DNA of 64,000 nt from Lingula anatina (Eukaryota > Animalia > Brachiopoda). The stretch spans positions 1 through 64,000 of the forward strand of contig CM120649.1 of NCBI GenBank assembly GCA_051362555.1, read 5' to 3'. The notes below the pieces were generated by a model that saw only the letters and a program-made list of their open reading frames with translations, was not told the origin of the DNA and made no database searches. The position numbers and the translations under genes are program-made. Below, one piece after another: positions 50,932 through 62,400 of this stretch; position 1 is the stretch's first letter; each line of letters begins with the position of its first letter.

Positions 50932-50958
50932 ATTATTATTCCGACGAATTGTGTATGC

Positions 50959-51235
50959 TTTTGTAGTACAGACCCTCTATGTGTATGTATACAGGTATAT
51001 TGTATATTTACTGTCCGTCACGTCTTTTGTAGTATAGATCCTGTATGTGTCTGTACATATTGTATACATGTATTTACTGTCCGTCATGTCTTTTGTAGTG
51101 CAGATCCTGTATGCATGTGTCTGTATATATTATATATTTACTGTCCGTCACGTCTTTTGTAGTGCAGATCCTGTATGCATGTGTCTGTATATATTATATA
51201 TTTACTGTCTGTCATGTCTTTTGTAGTACAGATCC
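50959..51235. repeat. Degenerate ~66-bp tandem repeat, ~4 copies
   Basis: tttactgtccgtcacgtcttttgtagtgcagatcctgtatg recurs. Confidence 0.9.
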
Positions 51236-51237
51236 TG

Positions 51238-51385
51238 GGCTCCGTATCTCGAAAGGTTCGCTATGTTGCGCCCGTGTGCAAGCGTCTCGATTCCATAACT
51301 CGCCCATACTCGTCCCATATAATACATTGTAGCCTCTATTTGATATAGCTATTCGCAATACGCGATGCTTTCGAGATACGGGGCC
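51238..51385. mobile_element. PIF/Harbinger-like MITE
   Basis: TIRs ggctccgtatctcgaaag / ctttcgagatacggggcc flanked by ctg / cag (CWG target). Confidence 0.8.
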
Positions 51386-52219
51386 CAGGTCCTTTGCGGT
51401 GACAGACAAGACTGGACGGAGGAAGAGGCGTCAGGCGATTTATGTCTACTGCAACCAGGCACTCTTCCCCGTACAAGTCGGGCAAGCTGTTCCGGTCTCT
51501 CCCCGTTGTGTGCGGGGAGGACGAGATGGCCACCGGTCGATCCATACGCGCACAGGTCGGTCTCTGGGCGTCTCGCCTTGTTGAATGGTTGACTAACTTT
51601 GATTTTATTTAATAAATGTAAACAATTCTGGCAATTAGAAACTAGTGTGGTTTTGCAAAAGACAAATACTTAAACTTGCTAGATTAGATTGTGTGTGTTT
51701 TAGGCGAGGGGGCTCTGGAGTGTTCCTTTGTTGTTTGGAGGTTTGACTTTGAAATTCCATTAAGCTGAAGAACTTTACTAGTCACAATATGCATGCTAGC
51801 TACAGTGCATTATTAAAGATTAGTGGTGGAAAAGTCTCAAGAAAGAGCTCTTAAGATACTTTATCCTGATCTTGAATATGACGCTGCTTGTGAACATACA
51901 GACTTGACATTTAATATGGAATATTTTTTTCCAAATCATTTCTCATCAGTTTTTTTTCCTATTTTGCTGACTGATACATGAAAATAAGGATTAAAATCGT
52001 GTTTTAATAACTTTTAGTTATCTCTTTGATGTCATTGTGACATCAGTTCATTTATGGAAATCGCCAGAGAAGCAAACAAAAACACATTGCCTATTCTATG
52101 TCATACGACGACCATTAAAAGAGATGTTTTGGACCTCCATATTTTCCAAATTATTGTCTGTAAAAGAGTTAAACGTTCCACAAAGGACCCTCATGTCAGT
52201 GTCTAGTCACAGTAACGGT

Positions 52220-53110
52220 CGCTGTTACGCCTGACCTCTTCTGGCTGCTACCAGCGCCCTCAAGTGGCAAGGCATTCCTTGGGATAGGTTTTTAGAGTTC
52301 AATCTGGAATAACATTCCAGGCATCGGTCATAATCTGTCCATTTTGGTCCAGTTTTGTTGTAGGACATGTAGGCCATTGATTCGGCGAGTAATGGCCTAC
52401 CCACATATTGTCTATGTGGTTCAAATATGGCGATTTTGATGACCAAGGTAGTTTCTCATTCCCTTGGTTTTGTAAGTAATCTGCTATTAAAAGTGCTCTG
52501 TGTGAACCGGCAATCTCACCTTGCAGCCTAAAATTGTTCCTAAGTTGCCCCCTATCAAATAATAGCCAAGTGGTTCCCAGATTATTTCTTTATTTGATCT
52601 GGTTCAGGTTTTCGTCGATGACTACCATTGGTGTTTTGGCACCAATGTGGTATCTGACCTCAATAAAGAAAGCCACGAGGTTTCAGTGTTCAACCCAGAA
52701 ACGGTTATGGTCCCCAATTCATTAGAGAAAAATACAACGATGTTTTGCTGTTTACAGTGGGTTCCTGGGAGGTCGTCTGGTATTCTAACCTGCTAAAACC
52801 AGTTTGGTGTTCGCTAAGGGCCTTGAAAAATGCGTTTTGGTGGCAATTTACCCCTCATTCTGAACGGACTGGGTGGTTTTGTTAAGTTGCAACAGCGTAT
52901 CCTGAAAGACAGTGGGTCCTGTTCCCTGGTGGTAAGATATCAATAGATTGGGTGTGGCCTCTGTGTAGGTACATCAGTCTGGGCATTACTCGGTAAAACT
53001 GTGCGGACCGTTTCGTTTGGTGCAATTATCTGTTTGCCAATGCCTGTCTTTTTCGCTCCATTCTGCCACAGATTAACACATTTATAAAGCACTGCAATTT
53101 TTGCATTTTG
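52220..53110 (-). mobile_element. Decayed Tc1/mariner transposase remnant
   Basis: Minus-strand frames give NFRLQGEIAGSHRA..DYLQNQGNEKLPWSSKSPYLNHIDNMW (cf. Tc1 FQQDNA.H..WP..SPDLNPIEN.W), GMPCHLRALVAARRG (cf. SMP.RL.AVI.A.GG) and TRRPPRNPL*TAKHR. Many stops and frameshifts; boundaries approximate. Confidence 0.8.
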
Positions 53111-53117
53111 TAAGTTG

Positions 53118-54110
53118 TATGTATATCTATATCTATACCAAAATTCTTCCATGCACGAGTAGTAATCTTTGTCGCATCCTCCAGAAAATCTAATGCCACA
53201 TACTGGATGGTTGCCGAGTATAGCAAATGCCAGGATGTGAAAGTAAAAGTGTCCGTTTATTGTCCATCTGTCCATCGCTTGACCATCTCCAGCTGACGAT
53301 GTATGTCCTAACATTGTGTGGAATGAATGGTTTTCTATTAATTCTCAACGAAAACTCTAATCCATGAGTGTGCACGTGCGTGTGTTTTGTCTACCCTTCT
53401 GATTGATGCCCAAGAACCGGTTATATTTCAGTTCCTTTATAGAGAAATTCGACACGGGTGTGGTTGCATTATAAAAGGAAAGCGGAAAACGTTTGCGACG
53501 TACAGAGATTTGTCCTCATATTCAAATTTCAAAAGGTCACAGCTTACTTCAAATTAATGACAATAAATTGAGTCATATAATATGAAACGTGCTGTAGATT
53601 ATCATTATATATTGTTATTTGCTGACAAGACAAGGGCTGCATTTAGTTCTTATTTATAAATAATTCACATTGCCACGTTCATTATTGTAAAGATCAGAAA
53701 CATCTGTATGAGTGCCCTAGTACGACGTCGACAAAAAAAAAAAAAAAAAAAAAAAAATCAATCAACTCCTCCTGCCCAGTGCTATGATGGTTTCCAGCTA
53801 AATATCTGCCATGGTCATTTTGCGTCATGCTTGTAAATGTTGTTTCAAACAAATGATATACTGCAGAAAACTGCAAATATTCATTTTTTGTAAAGGAAAA
53901 AAAGAAGTACAATATGTACGTGTAGTGTTATTTTTCATTCACAATTCAACCTCAGTGATCCAGGAAATTGTAAAGGATGTTTAAAATTGTCGAGCAAAGG
54001 GAGACCAAAATAAAACTGCAGTTGATTTCATATACACGGTACATGATACTGTTATACAGGCTATAGAAAAATGATTTTGTTTTGTCTGGAATCGCTTCAT
54101 ATATATATAT
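53118..54110 (-). pseudogene. Inverted partial duplicate of the GRL101-type gene promoter and 5' coding region
   Basis: Reverse complement of ~58670-59760. Translates MLGHTSSAGDGQAMDRWTINGHFYFHILAFAILGNHPVCGIRF then SGGCDKDY, so ~114 bp of the first CUB domain is deleted, and homology then ends. Confidence 0.9.
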
Positions 54111-54946
54111 GAGTCATGGCTCGAGTCGTTAATTTGGTCATTTGTGCTCACGAATCCGAGGGTTGACTTAGCCAACGCCTAATCCATTTATAAATAGACT
54201 GACGTATAGCAAATATGGGGGTGCGGGCACCCTCTACCAGTGACTTTTCACAAGATAGTCACAGATATGTCTTTAGATAAGTAGGCGGCCATTTTACTAT
54301 CTCTGACCCTGTAATGAAATCTCTAGGTTGATTACATGGTTGGTAATTGTTTGCATAACTGCTCAGGCACTGCCATTTAACGGACCCATGCCAAGTCCCT
54401 TTGACAGCAATCAAGACAGGTAATTGCTCTGATTTAAATCACTTGCTCTTCATGACAGATAAAAATAGTCCCTTCTGAATAACTTGTTAGTGCATATTGA
54501 AGTTAACTGAAGAATCTCTGTAGTAGCTCCCTTCAGAGCGGGTACAATGCCGTCTGCGCGCGTGCAGATTTAATTGCTTCCATCTGACCAAAAGTCAAAG
54601 GGTGGCTTTTACCATTTTACCCTGTATAATCTGGCACCCTGGTAAATGATAGAGTAGGCTGGGACTTAGATTATGACATCCGTCTTTCATGATAACGATA
54701 TAGACCCTATTCATATAGTTTTGCGATCTTTGTTTCTTCAGCATATTGATCTGTTCGTTTGCTCGTTTGTTTTGTGAGATTTTTGTGCTGTGAAGAGAAA
54801 CATGAAATATTAACATAGGGAAAGGCCACTGTCAATATTATAAGATTTTTTAAAAATTTGGTTGTAGTCTCATCTAATTACCTGAAGTGACGCTGCTGTT
54901 GACTTTTTTCAGCTTGCCCAGTTTTATCCAGATCTAGCATTGATTG

Positions 54947-56909
54947 GCTACTATGTGGGTGCCTGAAAAATCGGCCAATCAACTCACTGATTTTTAAACG
55001 TTTGAAAAAAATGTCCAATCAACACAGTGAAAAGTCCCCCAGTGGCAGGCCTTGGCTGTGGACAGACAATCGAAGGGGATGAATTACTCTCTGCTGATAG
55101 ACAAGCCACAAGTGCAACTTGAGATTTAAAGTTTCAAACTTTGCCAGCTCTTTTCAAAATATGACACTATGATATGTGTTAGATCTATTGAATTATAGCT
55201 GGCAAGCCATTTATTTATTTATAATAGGCATCTATTCATGCGCTTTAAATAGATCAACAATCAGATCGTGGTTCTGTGCAATTAAGTTGTTAGTTGCGAA
55301 CTACTTCCTGGTTTTAGCAAGGTTTTCGGGGAGAAATTCACACAAAGAACCGACTTTGTTTTTCTTTGGGATTTCCTCCTCATTGTTTACTGCAATTACT
55401 ATCATCAATTAAACGGAGAAAGCAATTAATTGATGGCACATTGTTATGAATATTCAATAGAATCCAGCTGCATTTCGCAGAGCGTTTTAAAGTTCTAGCG
55501 ACACAATTTATCACCACGCGTTCTAGCGAATGGAGAGCGCAAAAGACTAACAAATGGGAAGGTCTTTAGTTTGAATTGGGGGATCATGAGATATATCCCC
55601 AAATAAGGAGATTCCCGAAGAGACTGGTAGTATTGACGGGTTTGAACAATTTTGTTTGTAACATGTGGGGACTATCATCATACAATGAATGGTATACGTG
55701 CCCTAGATCTTCAGTGTGTGCAACAACAGGTGACGCAAAAAAAGACAAAATGTAACCAAGGAGGTGTGTTTGTATGTTTATAAGGGGGGGGGGGGGGGGG
55801 GCGGCGTTAGTTTGCATTGGTAGTTGGATAAAAAAAATAGTCCAGAAAAGCATCGTTTTAATAGCATCACTAACCATAAAGTACAAAACATTAATTTGAT
55901 ATGGGCATCAGATTGCAAACATGCAAAAGGTGATCAGGGAGAAAGCACAAAAATGACAAGGAAATGACGTTGTTTTTTCTTTGGGTTTTCCTCCTCATTG
56001 TTTACTGCAATTACTATCATCAATAAATCGAGAAAGCAATTAAGTGATGGCACATTGTTGTGAATATAATCACCAGGTGGATTTGTCAAAAGAAGGAAAA
56101 CTTGTTCATTAGTCATCTATTAAGATATTGTAAAGCGCATGAATAGATGCATATTATAAATAAATAAATAAATAAATAAATAAATGACTTGCGAGTTATA
56201 ATTCAATAGATCTAACAAATATCATAGTGTCACATTTTGAAAAGAGCTTGCAAACCAGGGGCGTAACCAAACCTTTTCAAATTGTACGCAAAGATTTTCA
56301 ATCCCAGGCACAGCTAAATACAGACTTACGAAAGAGATGAAGTGCAGATCAATCTACACATTTACCAGCATATGTGCCAAATATCATAACTTAGTTTTCA
56401 CTATAGTAATAAAGTCATTACTTAAAGTTAAAAAAATATTCCCAGAATTTAATTAAGTTCCAGTACAATATTTCACCCAACATGTTATATTTATTTAACC
56501 AGGACCCCGTGACTCGAAAGCATAACTCGAGATTTACTTAGAATTCAATTTAGACATGGTATCATCCAGCTTACATGCGGGTGCATGGCTCCCCAAAACA
56601 ACCAATATCATATGACAGGACATCGGTCTCGTGTAAGCAAATAAGAGTGGGTGTCAGAACAATAGCGCATGTACAATTTATACAGAGGGCTTTTACATAC
56701 AGGTGACTTTAACTTACAATTGAAGGGGATTTTTGGTTATGTTCGTCAGTCAGCACAGAGTATTTCACCCCCACCCCCACCCCTCAATTGTCTGCCCACA
56801 GCCAAGGACCGCCAGTGGGGAACATTTCACTGTGTTTGTTGGTCATTTTTTCAAACTTTTGAAAGCCAATGAGTTGATTGGCCGATTTTTCAGGCACCCA
56901 CATAGTAGT
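54947..56909. mobile_element. Foldback-type element with long inverted arms; right arm interrupted
   Basis: ctactatgtgggtgcctgaaaaatcggccaatcaactc (54948) is inverted at 56870-56908; ~55145-55245 is inverted at ~56130-56255. Insertion starting caggggcgtaacc at 56257. Internal ~100-bp direct repeat at 55358 and 55970. Confidence 0.7.
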
Positions 56910-57689
56910 CATTTATAATATCATTGATATAAAATAAACCATTTTACACCATCTTTTATGGAAAACAGTTTTTCAATTTCTTTCAATTTTTGAGTTTTGA
57001 CATAATGGTTGTGATAGGATTTCATCTCGGGTTAAATTGGGATTTTCCTGAATTTCACTCAAACAACCAATAATCTTTGCCAAAAGGGATTAGAAGTCGC
57101 TTTTAGTATATTTAATCCACCTTTTGTTACTACGGATTCCTGACATTTCGCCGAGAAAAACGCTTTCCACTGACTCTTATTTCCTTCAAAAAGAAGTCTT
57201 TTAAGCCATGTAAATTTTAGGGCCTTGGTAAAAATTTTATTTGCGGTACCTTTTACCGTCCATTTTTGTAGTCAGACGCCATCCTTGCTCATTTTATGTA
57301 TCTTTTCCCATTTCTGATAAAGTTTAATATGATATGCATATTGTATTGAGGGAGGGTGGGGGGTGGGCTGGCAGGAGAGTTTATATATGCACTAAGATGA
57401 GAAATAATAAAGGTTTAACCACTGTTGACTTTCCTATTATTGAAAGGTTTCTTGGAGACTAGATTTCCAAGATATTTTTTTCATTTTTTTCAATATTTTT
57501 TAAAACGTTTTTTTTCACATTGTTTTTCTATCAGTTTCTATTCTCTACCAAGTAGCTTAAATACACCTTCATGGTTCTATTTTAATTCTTTTTGTTAATT
57601 AATGAAGTTCAAAACTTTCTGTTCACACCCAAAGGCCGTTAGATGGTACTTACTTCCACCAAGGCTGCTCTACAACAATATCCGAGTAT

Positions 57690-57800
57690 TCTTGCGAGAT
57701 GAACATATCTGAATCAGCACTACGGTGCCATGTCATCAGATACTATGTGCACACTCTGGTTGGACTTGTGCGGAACAGTGGACCCTTGTGGACACATTTG
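57690..57800 (+). mobile_element. Possible CMC/EnSpm-type transposase fragment
   Basis: One frame reads YVHTLVGLVRNSGPLWTH, resembling the NVH.L.H...V...GPLW.H motif. Short and degenerate. Confidence 0.35.
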
Positions 57801-58497
57801 CCAGAAGCTATTGTCCTGCCCAGAGTTGCTCCAGTGTGCACGTAGGAGCAGATGTAGAGGCTGACAATGTGCAAGGGAAAATGCACTGTATATTGCACAT
57901 ACAAGGGAGATTTTAACGCCTTAACTATTGCAAAGTTTTATAAAGAGTTGTAAGGTGATAAAAACATGGAAATGACAGGTTAACTTAGAACATGCTGCCT
58001 TTAGTATCTGCAGCGGCAATGTTTTTGATCGGATTTGTGTAAACTTCACACAATTGTTTCAACTTACTGGGTTAAGAGTATGAATATCTTGCTCAAAAGT
58101 GTAGTTCCTAGCTACATGTAGAATTATAGATTTGCCTTACTTAATAGACTAACGCAACTTTAAATGCTTGTTCTTAGGGTAATATGCTGCCTATCAACTG
58201 TAGCTAAGGTTAATTTGGGTTTTAATTGCCTTAAAATAGTCTAGTGATAGTTCTGATGCCCTGAAACATAGTTAGTAGCACTTCTAAATCATTTAAACTG
58301 GACAAGAAAGGTCTAATTAGCTTTTTACTAAGGAAAGTCACTTCCATAGCCACGGTTGCTAAGCAACGCTTTGAAATTTTGGGCACTACCCTTGAAATTG
58401 ATCAGCATAGTCCAAAGAACATTTGTGCCAAGTTTCATGCTTTTTCCACATTCTGAGCAAATTGGCCAATATATAGCACCAGTCATCCAGACAGTCA

Positions 58498-58500
<3 letters not shown>

Positions 58501-58538
<38 letters not shown>

Positions 58539-58612
58539 GTTTTAGAAATAATAGTAATACATCCCAAAAAAGTGAAGTTATTTTCGACGTGTAGCAACCA
58601 TTTTGGGCATTA

Positions 58613-58680
<68 letters not shown>
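58501..58680. repeat. Two (TA)n microsatellites
   Basis: 58501-58537 and 58617-58680. Confidence 0.95.
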
Positions 58681-58684
<4 letters not shown>

Positions 58685-59441
58685 CGATTCCAGACAAAAG
58701 CAATTTTTTATGCCCTATATACCAGTATCATATAAATGAAATCATCTGCAGTTTTATTTTGGCCTCTCGTCGCTCGACAATTTTCAACATTCTCTCTAAT
58801 TTCCTGGATCAGTGAATGTACACTGAAGTTGAATTGTGAATGAAAAATAAACCGTACACGCACATTTTGTACTTTTTTCCTGTATAAGAAATAAAATCTT
58901 TACAGTTTCCTGCACTATATCGTTTGTTTGAAACAGTCATTCACACGTATGACGCAAAATGACCATGGCATATATTTTAGCTGGAAACAGGATATAACCA
59001 ACATAGAACTGGGCAGGAGAAGTTGATTGATTTTTTGGTCGAAGTAGTACTAGAGCACTCACGTACAGATGGTTTTGATCTTCGTAATAATGAACGTGGC
59101 AATAAAATGTACGAATTATTTATACCTTGTCTTGTCAGCAAATAACAACATATAATGATAATTTACAATGTGTTAAATATTTTATGACTCAATTTATTGG
59201 CATTAGTTTGAAGTAAGCTGTGATCTTTGGAAATGTGAATATGAGGACAAGTCTCTGTACGTCGCTAACGTTTTCGCTTTGCATTTAGAATGCAACCATA
59301 TCCGTGTCGAGTTTCTCTCTATAAAGGTACTGCAATTGACATAATCTTGGGCATCAATCAGTAGGGTAGACAAAACACGCACGTGCACTCATGGATTAGA
59401 GTTTGCGTTGAGAATTAATAGAAAACCATTCATTTCACACA

Positions 59442-62400
59442 ATGTTAGGACATAAATCGTCAGCTGGAGATGGTCAAGTGATGGACAGATGGACACTAAA
59501 CGGACACTTTTACTTCCACATCCTCCTGGCATTTGCTATACTCGGCTACCAACCAGTATGTGGCATTAGATTTGTTGTACCACAAGAAGGATCTATCTAT
59601 CCAAATGAGGCAACTGTATTTAAATATATCGAGGTGCCACCAAACATGTTGGCTAGCATTCGCTTCACTAAATTTGACCTAGAACTTTCTGGAGGATGCG
59701 ACAAAGATTACGTGGTAATTACTAATTGTACATGGAAGGCTTTTGATAAAGATATACATACGCTCTGGGGAGCAGTATGTGGCTCGTATACATTTTCAGA
59801 ACCCAGTATTCTAAATGTTCAACTGTGCTTTAACTGTTCAGTTGAGGTTATATTTAGCAGTGATCTAGATGTCCGTGCCACAGGGTTGAAGGCTGATATA
59901 GATATGGTGGAGGATTGTGAAGATCGCACATTGCCGTGCACACATGTGGTTACATCTTCGCATGAAGGTTGGATCAGAATCAACCGCGGTAATTTGACGG
60001 CAGGGTGTAAGTTTTATTTGACCGCTCCTGCTGATCACATCTTGCAAATAACACTTGCAAAAGACCTTAATGTCTTTTGTGGAACTCTTACTTTCTATGA
60101 CGTGACAGAATACAACGAGGTAAAATTGCATACCCATAACATGAATAGTTCTAAGCAATTTACATCCCTTCGTGGAAATTATGACCAGATGAGCATCGAA
60201 TGGATACCGTGTGACGGAGCATTGCAATACGACGTACATGCTGAGTACAAAGCTGTTTCCCGTAAAATGGTGGAACCATTTTCATGCCAACCAGGATACA
60301 GACTTTTTGAGGGGAACTGTTACCTGTTTAGGCTTTATACTCGGTCAACCACGTGGTCCAAAGCTCAGATCGAGTGTGAGAGAGATTCAGGCCATCTTGT
60401 TAGCATACAGACACGGCGTGAAGCTCGCTTTCTGGGTAGAATTCTGATTAGCTTTCAAACTCGGACTTTATTCGTTACATGTTTTACCTACTATAACAGC
60501 GCAATCTACATAGGACTAAAATCTACAGACCAGGTAGTTTTTTTTTCAGAATTTTAACTTTTGAACACCAATGATTTGAATTGCAAATCATGTGTATGAG
60601 AGAGCATTGACGCCGAGACGAGCCGAGGTCTAGTAAGGCCGCGACTTAAATATGGCAGACATACATGAAAGGAAGACCGCTTAACCCATTAATGGTCATT
60701 CCGCCTCTCACACGCCTCCCCGCGGGTCGTCCCTGCAGGCTCACACAAATCGAGGAACGACACGTGGGGAGCCGCCATTAACGGATTAAGCGGTCTTCCC
60801 TACATGTAGGTCAGCCATATTTAGATCGCGGCCTTATTAGACCTCGGCTCTTCTCGATGTGAATGCTACCTTAAAATTGCAAAATATTCACAGATCTAGC
60901 GTCTAACAATTTTCTATTATGAAATACAAACAGGTTACCGTAAGGGTCGAAATTTTCATAGAATAAGTTGTGAATTTTATAGACACTGTATTTTTAAACT
61001 CATATTCTCTGAATTAGAACATTCCTATTAACTGGTTGCAACAAAACTGAAAAGCAGACTACATATAATAACCACATATAATAGTTCATTTCTATACAGT
61101 AAAAGCTTCACAGAAATACTTTCAATGATTCCAAAATCATGTTACTGGAAAATTGATTAATTTTTCCACACTGAAAAGATCGAGTCTTTAACGTATATAT
61201 ATATATTGTGTGTTTGTGTGAGTGTGGTTCATCCATGTGATGGTTGCATGACATCGCTCCTCTCTACACCTCCCAATGAATCATATCTAATTCATCTTAC
61301 AGCACTACTACTGGACGGATGGGGGAGCTTTTGTATACAGTGAATGGTACGGCCCCAAAATTTACGGATTCAATTCATGTAAGATTCCAAGTTTACTGAA
61401 ATCAATTGTTACGGAAGATGTTCTGCAGCCGGTCCGAGGGGACGAACGTGACTGTGGCATTATGATGGGATTTGTACCACATCAATACGGGAAAACACGC
61501 TGGGGGAACTGGGCCAAAGTCCCGTGTCACAAAACAATCAGTAGCTGTATGACCGCCATCTGTAAAAAGCCTGCAGTTCCGACTTCAAAAAAGAATTCAA
61601 CTACAGCCGCTTCGAAATCAATGCTGGTAAATTCCACGGCATCCCAATGGTATACGCACCATGAATCTTACTGTCCAGAGGGTTGGGTATATATAGCGGG
61701 GCGTTGTGTGCTTCTATACACCCTTGCCCAGATTACAGCCGTACCAGCAATTCAACATACAACTACGTATGTGTCTCATTATCACCCACAATATTGGTCC
61801 TTACCGTCAGACAGTAATCTCACCTATAGCGCAGCTGTGGAAGCATGCAGGTCCTTGGGTGGAGATTTAGCCCCCTTTAACAGCACTTTACAGAAGGACC
61901 GAGATATTCTTCAGTACATCAGTATTTGGGGCAAAGAACTCACTTGGATATCCCCAAGAATTTTCGATAAAAATATATCAAGACCACTCTCAAATATCTT
62001 AGCTGTGTGGGTGAGGTCCCCAGAAAACATATGCAGAAGGCTTATATATGCCAACCATTCGTTCACAGATGACATGGGAGGACTGAGCCAACACGTTGAC
62101 CACCGCGAATCGCTCTTGGCTCTTTGTGAGATAGCTTCGAAACGCAGCATTTTCAACTGTTCACAGCACCAGTTTGGATGTGAAGATGGCAGTTGTATAT
62201 CTAGTGTTAATGTGTGTGATGGGACCTCGGACTGCGCTGAAGGAGAAGATGAGAAGAATTGTACTTGTGGACAACACACTTTCAGTTGTTCCGATGGCAC
62301 ATGTATCCCAATTAGTAAAGTATGTAATCATGTCAACGACTGTCCTAATGGAACCGATGACGAGAATTTTTGTATTTATCCGCCGTGTAAAACAGGGCAG

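Noticed and set aside
51390-51595. GC/CpG-rich patch with overlapping short ORFs
   Set aside because: No recognisable protein motif or RNA structure; possibly a transposon or gene fragment but not supportable.
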